From Candidatus Woesearchaeota archaeon (lineage in GTDB: Archaea > Nanobdellota > Nanobdellia > SCGC-AAA011-G17 > PNOQ01), in the NCBI GenBank assembly GCA_018302135.1, contig JAGWAE010000002.1, positions 11,803-75,802 on the forward strand: DNA of 64,000 bases. Direction: 5' to 3'. The notes under the pieces are model-generated. The model saw nothing but the letters and a program-made list of their open reading frames with translations, did no database searches and was not told the origin of the DNA. The position numbers and the translations under genes were made by a program. Positions 1 to 8,599 of this stretch are shown in pieces. Positions within the stretch are counted from its first letter, which is position 1. The number at the start of each line of letters is the position of its first letter.

Positions 1-1
1 A

Positions 2-3000
2 AAAAACTTAGACACTATTGATTTGTCTGAAAATAAAGTTAGTTTGTTAAGTACATCGCTTAGTGATGTTACGCAAGATTCTATTATTTATGTAATGGAT
101 GGTGGTGAAAATGAAATTCAACTGGGCCAACCTTTGTTAAAAAATGTAAAAGATGAAAATGATAATTTTTATAGTTGGATTGTAAAAAATATTAATTCTA
201 ACAGTGTTGTTTTAGAACAAAAATTTGATAAAGCTAGTGGGTTAAGTAAAAAAACTATAACAATAGAGGTTAATAAAAATGGTGAATATATTCCTTACAG
301 TGATGGAACAACAAAATCAATTATGATAAAAGAAGTTAAAGTTGTTAGAAATGCTATCATAACAGTAACTCCTGGTTCTAAAGATAATTATGGTACTTCT
401 AGTTTTATAATACATATTCCAATTGAAAAAAGATTGTGGGATTGGACACCTGAAGAAATAGATAAAATGATTGCATCCACAGATAAAACTATAGATAAAG
501 TGGAGACAATAACTGAAAAATTAGGTAATGTTGTTAAAACTTGGAAAGGAATGTGTTTTGCTGTGTTTAGTTTTTTAGCTGTAAAAAATGCATTCTTCAA
601 TAATCCATTAGGAAGAAGATTGGCTGTTGAAAAATGGGAAGCAAAATGTAACGGTGCTATTAGTACTGGAACTCCCTTAAATGGTAAGGAGTATAGTGCA
701 GCCCAATTTGATAATTGTATGAGTGATAATTATGAAACTATTGAGCTTGATGTTAAAAAATCTGAAGAGCTGGTTAAGGAAACTAAAGAAGTAATGAAAG
801 ATTTTAACTGGGAAAAGAAAGAATCGGTTTCTAAAGCTGCAAGTGAACTTGGTGTAACTTCAGATGAACTTATATTGATGAACCAATATAACCAGCTAGA
901 GGCAGAAGATGTTAGAGATTCAGTATTCAATAAAAAATTTGGTGAAGGATTTAATGCTACTTCTTTTAATTTGAAGAAAGAGGAAACCAAAAAAATTCAT
1001 GAAAAAGTAACTGCTGCAGGATTAAATGTTAAAAATTCTGAAGATTTTAATAATATACAAGAAATTATAAATTCTATTAATGACAAGGGAGTTTCTTCAA
1101 AAGGGAATGATTTCTTTAGTAGTGAAGATGAAGTGGCAAAAAAAATAATAGGTGATGTAAATATTAACTATTTGGATTTAGACGGCAAAAAAACTGGTTA
1201 TAACATTGTAAAAGAAAATGAGGAATATTATTTATATCAGGATGGAACTAAGATTAAAGTTCAACCATATTTAAAAGAAGATAATCAACAGTTGACCAGT
1301 TCTTATGGTCAATTTTTTAAAACAAGTGATAATAAAATATATGTCGGTTCAGTAAATAGAGAATCATATTCTACTAGTTATTCTAACGGTAAGGGCAGTT
1401 TGATTTATGATGAGAATACAAAAAAACCTTTGTTTATACCAATAAAGTGGAGAAGAACACAAGAAATACCAAAGATAGACTATGCTAATTATATTGCTGT
1501 TGATCAAGAAATTATTGGTAGGGAATATCCTTATTCTGTTTGGAACGTTGGTTTAGATGGAAAAACTAATACGTTAGATGATCAGTTAGTTGTTAGTTCT
1601 GCTTTGTTGGCTAATCCAACAAATAATGAACTTAAAAGTTTAAAACAAGAAATAGAAAGAAGATATGAACGAGTTAATGTAAATCCAGATAAATCAGGAA
1701 AGAAAGTAAAAATTGATGGAGAAGAATATGCTGCACAACTAATTGGATCTAAAACTACAAGTGCAATTGGCGAATGTAGATATATGATGAGTGAAACTGA
1801 TTGTAAAATATTATTCGGAGTTTGTGACCCAGTAATGTGTCCAGCATCTAGATTTGATCTTGGTGGAAATTGGAAAGTAAGCAATGCAGTTCAAACTGGA
1901 ATAATTGGAAGTATAGTTTTAGGATTACCTAACTTTGATTTACCTTACGAACCTGTGCCGGTTTGTTTAACTGGAATACATGCAGGTTTAGAAAATATTG
2001 GAAGTATGTTGGGCAGTTTTAGAGATTGTTTAGAAACTGCAAAAGTTAAAGGAGAGTCTGTTGGTATTTGTAATGAAATAAGAAGTTTGTATATGTGCGA
2101 TATATTGTGGCAAGAAACATTGGCAATAGTTAATGTTTTTGGTGAATTAAATAAAATAATTTCTAATAAAATACTTGGAAAGTCTAACGGCGGAGGAGAA
2201 TACTTATCTTGGGATTCAAGTTGGAATCAGTTAACTAAGTCAGTAAGTTTCTTTACAAAAGATTATGCAAGTAGTGCATTTACAGCATTCCAGTCTAGAA
2301 GTACGAAAGAAATTGGAACTGAAATTTGTAAAGCTGCTATATTCGGAAAATATCCTGCTGGCGGAGATTTACTAGCACAATTAACAGAACCAGAAAGCCC
2401 AACACAATTTACTGGTTGGGTTGAAGAAGATAGGTATACTCAAGAAGAAGGAGGAAGGTCTTCATATAGAGTATATTACCATATTTATGCTGGAAGAAAT
2501 AATGATGTTAGATATAAAGTAATATTGAGAGATTTGCTTGGAAATGTAATGAGTGTAACTGATGATAATTATGCAACTGAAAGATTATTAAGAAAAGGAG
2601 AAAGTGTTGATAAAAGTTTCACAATAAATCCACCTGCTGGAAGAATTGGATTTACAAATATGTGTATAATAATAAATGGTGCTGAAACTTGTGGTTTTGG
2701 TAGTGTTTCTAGTAGTTTTTCAACCCAATATTTGAAAGATAAAATAATTGAAAGTCAAATTGGTAAGATAGAGTCTGCGGAAGATTGTAAACCAAGAACT
2801 TCTACTTACACACCAGGATTTACACAATCTGGGTTGGATATGAGATGTTCTGTTTATGATCCTGATGGTGTTGGTGATGATTGGGTTTGGACTGGAACTT
2901 GTGGATATGATGAAGAGAAAAGGTTCCAAGGAGATTGTTATTTATATAAAAAAGGAATTAATTTGTATGATGCTAGTTATAATATTTCTCAGCATATACC

Positions 3001-4948
3001 AAAACCAGATGGGCAAGAAACTGAAGAAAAATTTAGTGATAAAGAAATGATAGCATTAAAGAATCAATTTAATGAGCTAGTAAGTTTAGATGAAAAAACA
3101 ACAAGCACTAGTGAAAGATTAAATATTATTTCAAAATATAGAGAATTTATTAATTCTGAAATAACTACAGAAATAACTGCTTTAAGTTATTATAAAGTTG
3201 GTTATTTGTATTATAATATAGGAATAGATATGAAAACAAAAGTAGTAGAACAAGATAGAGCTAATGAAGAACAAGAAAGATTTAGTAAGTGTACTATAAC
3301 TTATGATGGAGATAAAAAAAGTACTGGTAAGGATGATAAAATTGTTCTTAAATTCATTGATAATGCTTGGATTATTAGTTCTTCTGGTGTATTATTAACG
3401 ACTGAATCAATAGATAATCCTATTAAAATAGAAGAAAAATTAGATTCATTCAGAATAGAAAATAAAGATTCTTGCAAACAATTGGATTCTTCTAAAGAAG
3501 AAGTTATAAAACAATTATGTGAAAATCTAGTCGGAAAAGGCTATGAAAATGGGCTTGCAATTATAGTTGATACAGCAAATGGAGAAAGTGATGATACTAT
3601 TCAAGTTGTAAATGTAAATGGTGAAAAATATGAACCTGAGCATAGAAAGGCTTCTGCATTAGAAATAATTAATTTGTGTGTTGGACAAACGGCGAAAGAA
3701 AGAGTAATAGACACAAGTGAGATGAATTGGTTAAGTGATATTGTTGGTCAAGAAATACTAATTAAAATTCAAGATGGAACAAAGAAGTGGTATGAATCTA
3801 AAGAATACACTTATTCTTTTTTGGATGGAAAAATTAATGGTGAAGACAAATCTTTTTCTGTTCAGAGTGTAAATGATTTGGTAAAATTAATTTTGGAAGG
3901 TGGATTAACAGGAAATTTGCCAAACATAGTAGTTATAGAAAATGAACAATATAAAACTTCTAGTACTTGGACAAGAAATTCTGGTGTTGATTTTAACATT
4001 TGGTTATTAAATGCTATGACTAATGCAGTTGTAGATGAACATTATCCTTTTGAATTAGAATTGAATAGGGGAAGGGATCTATTTGGTAAAAAAGGATTTA
4101 ATTTAGTTTGGAATGGTTTTGAATTAAGTAAAATGGAAGGTTATACAGATAGTAAATATCAAAATTCAGACTGGAATGGTTTTTTAAAACTAGTTTATAC
4201 ACTTTCAGATAAAGAAGATCTGAAATATTTAGAAATAAAATGTAAAGCCAGTGGTAAAATTACTAGATTAGATATAAATTTGGATGAAATTTATAAATAT
4301 TTTTCATCGGTTTCAAAATACATAGAGTCAAGTGGCTGGATAGAAAGGACAGTTGAAAGTTGTGGTATTGTTGAAGAAGTTGAGGTTGAAACTGGAGCTA
4401 TGGAATCAGTTATGAAATCTTATTCTACAAAAGGTGCATCTTTGTTTAATAAAGCATGTTATTGTGAAAATGATTGTGATGATTATGCAAAATGGATAGC
4501 AGAGTATGCACAGCAGTACAATGTTAATCCTATACTGTTACTTGCAATTATGATGAATGAAAATAATTGTGTTCAGAAAGAGGCAAAATCAAGTGCCGGT
4601 TGTGTTGGTTTGATGCAAATTTGTTCTTGGACACTATGTATTAAAGACATTCCTGAGTTGAACAAAGATAATTGGTGGGTTGTTTTAGGGAGTGATACTA
4701 AGGAATCTGCGGAAAAAAATATAAAATGTGGTGCCAGGATATTAAGGAATAGTTATTATGTATCCAAAGAAGGAGGTACTTTTCACCCATGTGTCGGCGA
4801 AGATAAAGTGTATACTGAATGGGAAGCTGCAGTAAGAGGTTATAATGGGTGGGATAATAGAAAATGTACCCCTGAAAATAGGAAACAGGATACATATGTT
4901 GAAGATGTGTTTGATATCTATGATGCCTTGAGTAGAAAAATAGTTTAA
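2..4948 (+). CDS. Giant Cys-rich membrane/surface protein with C-terminal SLT-like lytic transglycosylase domain (5'-truncated by window edge)
   Basis: Frame is open from position 2, so the TTG at 23 is probably not the true start. Hydrophobic segment WKGMCFAVFSFLAVKNAFF. C-terminal motifs YNVNPILLLAIMMNE, SSAGCVGLMQI, NIKCGARIL and AVRGYNG match the SLT/goose-lysozyme fold. Confidence 0.75.
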   Translation, partial: KNLDTIDLSENKVSLLSTSLSDVTQDSIIYVMDGGENEIQLGQPLLKNVKDENDNFYSWIVKNINSNSVVLEQKFDKASGLSKKTITIEVNKNGEYIPYSDGTTKSIMIKEVKVVRNAIITVTPGSKDNYGTSSFIIHIPIEKRLWDWTPEEIDKMIASTDKTIDKVETITEKLGNVVKTWKGMCFAVFSFLAVKNAFFNNPLGRRLAVEKWEAKCNGAISTGTPLNGKEYSAAQFDNCMSDNYETIELDVKKSEELVKETKEVMKDFNWEKKESVSKAASELGVTSDELILMNQYNQLEAEDVRDSVFNKKFGEGFNATSFNLKKEETKKIHEKVTAAGLNVKNSEDFNNIQEIINSINDKGVSSKGNDFFSSEDEVAKKIIGDVNINYLDLDGKKTGYNIVKENEEYYLYQDGTKIKVQPYLKEDNQQLTSSYGQFFKTSDNKIYVGSVNRESYSTSYSNGKGSLIYDENTKKPLFIPIKWRRTQEIPKIDYANYIAVDQEIIGREYPYSVWNVGLDGKTNTLDDQLVVSSALLANPTNNELKSLKQEIERRYERVNVNPDKSGKKVKIDGEEYAAQLIGSKTTSAIGECRYMMSETDCKILFGVCDPVMCPASRFDLGGNWKVSNAVQTGIIGSIVLGLPNFDLPYEPVPVCLTGIHAGLENIGSMLGSFRDCLETAKVKGESVGICNEIRSLYMCDILWQETLAIVNVFGELNKIISNKILGKSNGGGEYLSWDSSWNQLTKSVSFFTKDYASSAFTAFQSRSTKEIGTEICKAAIFGKYPAGGDLLAQLTEPESPTQFTGWVEEDRYTQEEGGRSSYRVYYHIYAGRNNDVRYKVILRDLLGNVMSVTDDNYATERLLRKGESVDKSFTINPPAGRIGFTNMCIIINGAETCGFGSVSSSFSTQYLKDKIIESQIGKIESAEDCKPRTSTYTPGFTQSGLDMRCSVYDPDGVGDDWVWTGTCGYDEEKRFQGDCYLYKKGINLYDASYNISQHIPKPDGQETEEKFSDKEMIALKNQFNELVSLDEKTTSTSERLNIISKYREFINSEITTEITALSYYKVGYLYYNIGIDMKTKVVEQDRANEEQERFSKCTITYDGDKKSTGKDDKIVLKFIDNAWIISSSGVLLTTESIDNPIKIEEKLDSFRIENKDSCKQLDSSKEEVIKQLCENLVGKGYENGLAIIVDTANGESDDTIQVVNVNGEKYEPEHRKASALEIINLCVGQTAKERVIDTSEMNWLSDIVGQEILIKIQDGTKKWYESKEYTYSFLDGKINGEDKSFSVQSVNDLVKLILEGGLTGNLPNIVVIENEQYKTSSTWTRNSGVDFNIWLLNAMTNAVVDEHYPFELELNRGRDLFGKKGFNLVWNGFELSKMEGYTDSKYQNSDWNGFLKLVYTLSDKEDLKYLEIKCKASGKITRLDINLDEIYKYFSSVSKYIESSGWIERTVESCGIVEEVEVETGAMESVMKSYSTKGASLFNKACYCENDCDDYAKWIAEYAQQYNVNPILLLAIMMNENNCVQKEAKSSAGCVGLMQICSWTLCIKDIPELNKDNWWVVLGSDTKESAEKNIKCGARILRNSYYVSKEGGTFHPCVGEDKVYTEWEAAVRGYNGWDNRKCTPENRKQDTYVEDVFDIYDALSRKIV

Positions 4949-5032
4949 TGCAGAGGACAGGATTCGAACCTGCGAAGGCACTAAGCCATTAGGTCCTAAG
5001 CCTAACCCGTTTGACCGCTCCGGCACCTCTGC
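4949..5032 (-). tRNA. tRNA-Leu(TAG)
   Basis: Reverse complement: acceptor GCAGAGG/CCTCTGC-A, anticodon arm TTAGG CT-TAG-GA CCTAA, long variable arm, GTTCGAATC T-loop. Confidence 0.95.
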
Positions 5033-5097
5033 ACAAGAAGTTTAATATCAATTTTGTTTAAAAATGTTACTAAACTAACTAAAAATAATTAATACAA

Positions 5098-6273
5098 TTA
5101 GTTTTCTTCTCTTACTTGAGGATAAATAAATTCTTTACCTTCATAATTCCTAACTACAACTTCTTTATCGTCCATACTAACTATCCCTGCAGGTATTCTA
5201 ACTTTACCACCTCCACCAGGCGCATCAATTATAAAATCTGGAACTTCCATGCCACCAATATACCCACATAAGCTATTATAGATTTCCACTGCTTTTTCTA
5301 CTCTAGTTCTAAAATGATTTGTTCCTTTTACTGGGTCAGCTTGGTAAATATAATATGGTTTAACACGCATACTACCTAAACCAGACATCAACTTTTTCAT
5401 CGTTTCGGGGTTATCATTAACCCCTTTTAACAAAACAGTTTGACAACCGATAGGAATCCCTGCATCAGCTAACATATTGCAAGCTTTTCTGCTCTCGTCA
5501 GTTATTTCAGCAGGATGATTGAAGTGAGTGTTAACATATAACGGATGATATTTTCTTAACATACTTACTAATTCTGGAGTAACTCTCTGAGGTAATACAC
5601 ATGGAACTCTTGTGCCTATTCTTATTATTCCGTCTTCCCTTGTGCTGATTATATCATAGACAGATGAAATTATTCTTTCTAATGGAGCATCATCTAATAT
5701 GAATGGATCCCCACCAGATAAAATAACATCGTTAATTTCTTTAGTATTACTAATATATTCCAATGCTTTTTGAAGTTCTTCTTTTTTTGGTTGTTTCTTT
5801 GCATCTCCTACTTTTCTTTTTCTTGTGCAGAAACGACAATACATAGCACATTCATTTGAAACTCTTAGTAAAAGACGATTAGGATAACGGTGAGTTACAA
5901 GAGATGGAACGTTTTGTCTTGATTGGTGTTCAGGTTCTTCGTGTAATGGATCTTCCGTACAAACCTTATCTTCTAGTTCTATTGGATTAGGAATTGACTG
6001 TAAGTATAAAGGATCATTTATTCCTTCTATTAAACCTAAATAGTATGGATTAACTCTTGCAGGATATTGAGCGCAAACAGATTCTAGTGAACTTGCATCT
6101 AGTCCAAAATGATCTGCAATGCCTTGTGGGGAAGAAATGCTTTTTTTTAGAAGTTGTTTCCATTCTGGAGGATTGGAAAAATTTTGAGAAGTTTGATTTG
6201 TTGGGAGAAGTACAGGTTGTTTCAGCGTCGGATGTGGAGCCTCGCCTTGAATTATTATTGCTTTAGTATTCAT
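5098..6273 (-). CDS. kamA: KamA-family radical SAM enzyme (lysine 2,3-aminomutase-like)
   Basis: HRYPNR, CAMYCRFCTRKR (CxxxCxxC), SGGDP, RIGTRVP, HFNHP, YYIYQAD and DAPGGGGK (PLP lysine). Confidence 0.88.
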   Translation of the reverse strand: MNTKAIIIQGEAPHPTLKQPVLLPTNQTSQNFSNPPEWKQLLKKSISSPQGIADHFGLDASSLESVCAQYPARVNPYYLGLIEGINDPLYLQSIPNPIELEDKVCTEDPLHEEPEHQSRQNVPSLVTHRYPNRLLLRVSNECAMYCRFCTRKRKVGDAKKQPKKEELQKALEYISNTKEINDVILSGGDPFILDDAPLERIISSVYDIISTREDGIIRIGTRVPCVLPQRVTPELVSMLRKYHPLYVNTHFNHPAEITDESRKACNMLADAGIPIGCQTVLLKGVNDNPETMKKLMSGLGSMRVKPYYIYQADPVKGTNHFRTRVEKAVEIYNSLCGYIGGMEVPDFIIDAPGGGGKVRIPAGIVSMDDKEVVVRNYEGKEFIYPQVREEN

Positions 6274-6362
6274 CTTACTTTTATTACGTGTTTTTACATG
6301 TTAATAATTTATAAAGTTTTCTATTATTTTATCGTCGAAAAAACTAAAAATTAGTTAAAATA

Positions 6363-6435
6363 AGCCTACGGAGGGATTTGAACCCACGACCTCCGCTTTA
6401 CTAAAGCGATGCTCTACCGGCTGAGCTACGTAGGC
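6363..6435 (-). tRNA. tRNA-Thr(AGT), A34 anticodon
   Basis: Reverse complement GCCTACG TA GCTC AGCCGGTA GAGC A TCGCT TT-AGT-AA AGCGG AGGTC GTGGG TTCAAAT CCCTC CGTAGGC T. C2-G71 and U73 fit archaeal Thr identity. Confidence 0.9.
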
Positions 6436-6488
6436 AGTTATTTTTTAAGTATTGTATGTATATTAAAAAGTTTCTATAAACAAAAAAA

Positions 6489-6574
6489 TGTAGGGGAAGG
6501 GATTTGAACCCTCGAACCCACTAAGGGACAGGATCTTAAGTCCTGCGCATTTGACCAGGCTTTGCTACCCCTAC
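6489..6574 (-). tRNA. tRNA-Leu(TAA)
   Basis: Reverse complement: acceptor GTAGGGG/CCCCTAC-A, anticodon arm CAGGA CT-TAA-GA TCCTG, long variable arm. Confidence 0.95.
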
Positions 6575-6612
6575 ATAACTTTAGAAGGAAATCATATTAT
6601 TTAAATAGCTTA

Positions 6613-7596
6613 CTAAATCTTTCTTAGAATTTGTTTCATACGATTTAATGTATCTATTGTTTCTTTTCCTTGTTTAAATTCTTTGTAATAAACAAAATAT
6701 CTTCTTATTATTTCTTGTTTTGCGGCTTCTCTACAAATTTTATCATTAATAATCCCGACTTTTGCCATGTTCAAACCCATATCAGTTGGAGATTTATAGC
6801 TAAAGTTATCTGAACTCGTCATTATACGCTTTAAAATTTTAAAGTTAAAAATATCTCTATTATAGTTTACTGCAGTTATACCATATGCTTTTTTATGATA
6901 AGTGTCTATCTTATTTTTATCATTTAAGTCTGCGGTTGCTGCTTCATAGGCAATGTTTACTGGGTGGTCTCTTTTTAAATTCCAAATTGGAAAAGTTTCA
7001 AACTTCGCAAAACTAGATTTAATATTATTCTTTCTTTCGTGGTTTATTTGTATTAAAGCAGTGGCCATTTTACCTGAGCCACCAGCTGGACCAGTTATAA
7101 TAACTAGTTTATTTTTTGTAGGAATATATGGTTGTTGTTCATATCCTTTTAAGATTAAACTAATATTATTGGGATATCCTTTAATTTCTCTGTGAATAAT
7201 TACTTTTACTCTTTGTTTTTTTAGTTTTCTAATAAATTGAGTAAGTTTTTGATTTTTATATAATGTTATAACTACAAAATTTACTTTTATGCCAAAACTT
7301 TTTAGGTCTTTAATATCTTTTAACGTTTGTTCATCATGAGTTAAGTTAAAATCACCAAGAACTTTCTTTTTTTGTATATTTTTTGCGTTAACGCAATATA
7401 TTATATCTCTATTTTTTAATGTTTTTAGAATTTTTATCTTATTCGTTGGGTCATAACCAGGTAAAACTCTTGACGCATGATAATCATAAACTAACTTTCC
7501 ACCAAATTCTAAGTAAAACTTTTCGTATTTTTTTATTCTATCTTTTATTGCTTTAGTTTGGGCTTTTATATATTTTTTTGAGTCAAAACCTTGCAT
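6613..7596 (-). CDS. DUF1846 (UPF0371) family protein, N-terminal domain only
   Basis: LEFGGKL..D.HASRVLPGYDP, GSGKMAT, KFETFPIWNL, HPVNIAYEAATADLND, YKSPTDMG.N and KQEIIRRY motifs. Confidence 0.85.
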   Translation of the reverse strand: MQGFDSKKYIKAQTKAIKDRIKKYEKFYLEFGGKLVYDYHASRVLPGYDPTNKIKILKTLKNRDIIYCVNAKNIQKKKVLGDFNLTHDEQTLKDIKDLKSFGIKVNFVVITLYKNQKLTQFIRKLKKQRVKVIIHREIKGYPNNISLILKGYEQQPYIPTKNKLVIITGPAGGSGKMATALIQINHERKNNIKSSFAKFETFPIWNLKRDHPVNIAYEAATADLNDKNKIDTYHKKAYGITAVNYNRDIFNFKILKRIMTSSDNFSYKSPTDMGLNMAKVGIINDKICREAAKQEIIRRYFVYYKEFKQGKETIDTLNRMKQILRKI

Positions 7597-7639
7597 AACT
7601 TAATTCTAGATTAAATAATTTATAAATGTATTTAAAAAA

Positions 7640-7713
7640 AGCCCCAGAAGGGATTTGAACCCTCGGTCTATTGATTACGAATCAATTGCTCTACCGGACT
7701 AAGCTACTGGGGC
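7640..7713 (-). tRNA. tRNA-Thr(CGT)
   Basis: Reverse complement: acceptor GCCCCAG/CTGGGGC-T, anticodon arm ATTGA TT-CGT-AA TCAAT, GGTTCAAATCC T-arm. Confidence 0.95.
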
Positions 7714-7818
7714 GTTTTTCTGACAAGTGAAACAAACAGGTTTACCTTTCTCGTAAGTTCCTTTTATCTTGCCCAAGAAAGTTTCTTCTATTTCTTTATT
7801 ACATTTTAAACATTTCAT
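7699..7818 (-). CDS. 39-aa zinc-finger microprotein (CxxC...CxxC) overlapping the tRNA-Thr(CGT) 5' end
   Basis: Hand translation MKCLKCNKEIEETFLGKIKGTYEKGKPVCFTCQKNAPVA*. Not in the ORF track (<60 aa). Confidence 0.7.
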   Translation of the reverse strand: MKCLKCNKEIEETFLGKIKGTYEKGKPVCFTCQKNAPVA

Positions 7819-7853
7819 ATTAAAAATAAAAAGTAGAGAATTAATATAGTTTT

Positions 7854-8279
7854 CTAAAATCTTAAATCTTCTTTGATTATCATATTATTTCTAGAAACCC
7901 CAAAGAATTTTTCTGCATGCTTTATAACAACTTCAGAATCAAAATCCTTGCATGAATATAAATCAAAGTTGATTCTATTCTTATTTGTAAAGGCATGGAA
8001 TGTTATGTGAGAATAATCTATTACAAGAACACCAGTTAAACCTGGGTTCTCTGGAATACCTTTAACAATTATTGGTGGGGTTAATGCTCCCATTTTAACT
8101 TTAGCAGGTAATTCTTTTAGAAAACTGTAAAATAAATGGTAATCGTTTGTTACTTCTTTAGATACACCATATACTTCAAGTCTTATATGTCTACCGTCTT
8201 TTTTAATGTCCTTTAAATTGACACCTTGACCAATCTTAAGATCATTCCAAGCAATCTCTTGATTTATATTAGATTTCAT
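7854..8279 (-). CDS. Pyruvoyl-dependent S-adenosylmethionine decarboxylase (SpeD/SpeH)-family proenzyme
   Basis: G.H..L, PGLTGVLVIDYSHITFH and DLYSC motifs. Size typical of class I prokaryotic AdoMetDC. Substrate could be SAM, arginine or ornithine. Confidence 0.75.
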   Translation of the reverse strand: MKSNINQEIAWNDLKIGQGVNLKDIKKDGRHIRLEVYGVSKEVTNDYHLFYSFLKELPAKVKMGALTPPIIVKGIPENPGLTGVLVIDYSHITFHAFTNKNRINFDLYSCKDFDSEVVIKHAEKFFGVSRNNMIIKEDLRF

Positions 8280-8395
8280 CTTTTAGTACCTCTAAAAAAA
8301 TATTTTTCATGTGAAAAATTATAGAAATAATTACTAGTTAAAATTTGGCAATGTTTGCGCCATCCGCCATAGTTTTCTAAAATAACATAACTCAT
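8276..8395 (-). CDS. 39-aa leader ORF (uORF2) coupled to the SpeD-like gene
   Basis: MSYVILENYGGWRKHCQILTSNYFYNFSHEKYFFRGTKR*. GGAGGT SD upstream. Its TGA overlaps the speD ATG (ATGA). Confidence 0.55.
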   Translation of the reverse strand: MSYVILENYGGWRKHCQILTSNYFYNFSHEKYFFRGTKR

Positions 8396-8396
8396 T

Positions 8397-8504
8397 CTAA
8401 AATACCTCCAAATCTTTTTTAAAAATTGAAAAGAGATTAGGATAGAAACGAATAGATACCAAATCGAACCAATGTCTTCCTTGTCTCATATAATCATCAA
8501 ACAT
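8397..8504 (-). CDS. 35-aa leader ORF (uORF1)
   Basis: MFDDYMRQGRHWFDLVSIRFYPNLFSIFKKDLEVF*. TAG lies 1 nt before the uORF2 ATG, downstream of a TATA box at ~8576-8583. Confidence 0.45.
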   Translation of the reverse strand: MFDDYMRQGRHWFDLVSIRFYPNLFSIFKKDLEVF

Positions 8505-8599
8505 TTATTATTTTTGGATTACGACGAACCCTGCCCCTCGTTATCAAATAGAATAAATTTAATTAAATAATTAGTTTATAAACTTTTTTATTTTCAGAA

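Noticed and set aside
4742-5026. 94-aa minus-strand ORF MPERSNGLGLGP...
   Set aside because: It is a shadow of tRNA-Leu(TAG) and the antisense strand of the giant gene.
4949-7713. tRNA introns or split tRNAs
   Set aside because: All tRNAs fold as contiguous cloverleaves with 7-nt anticodon loops and no bulge-helix-bulge insertions.
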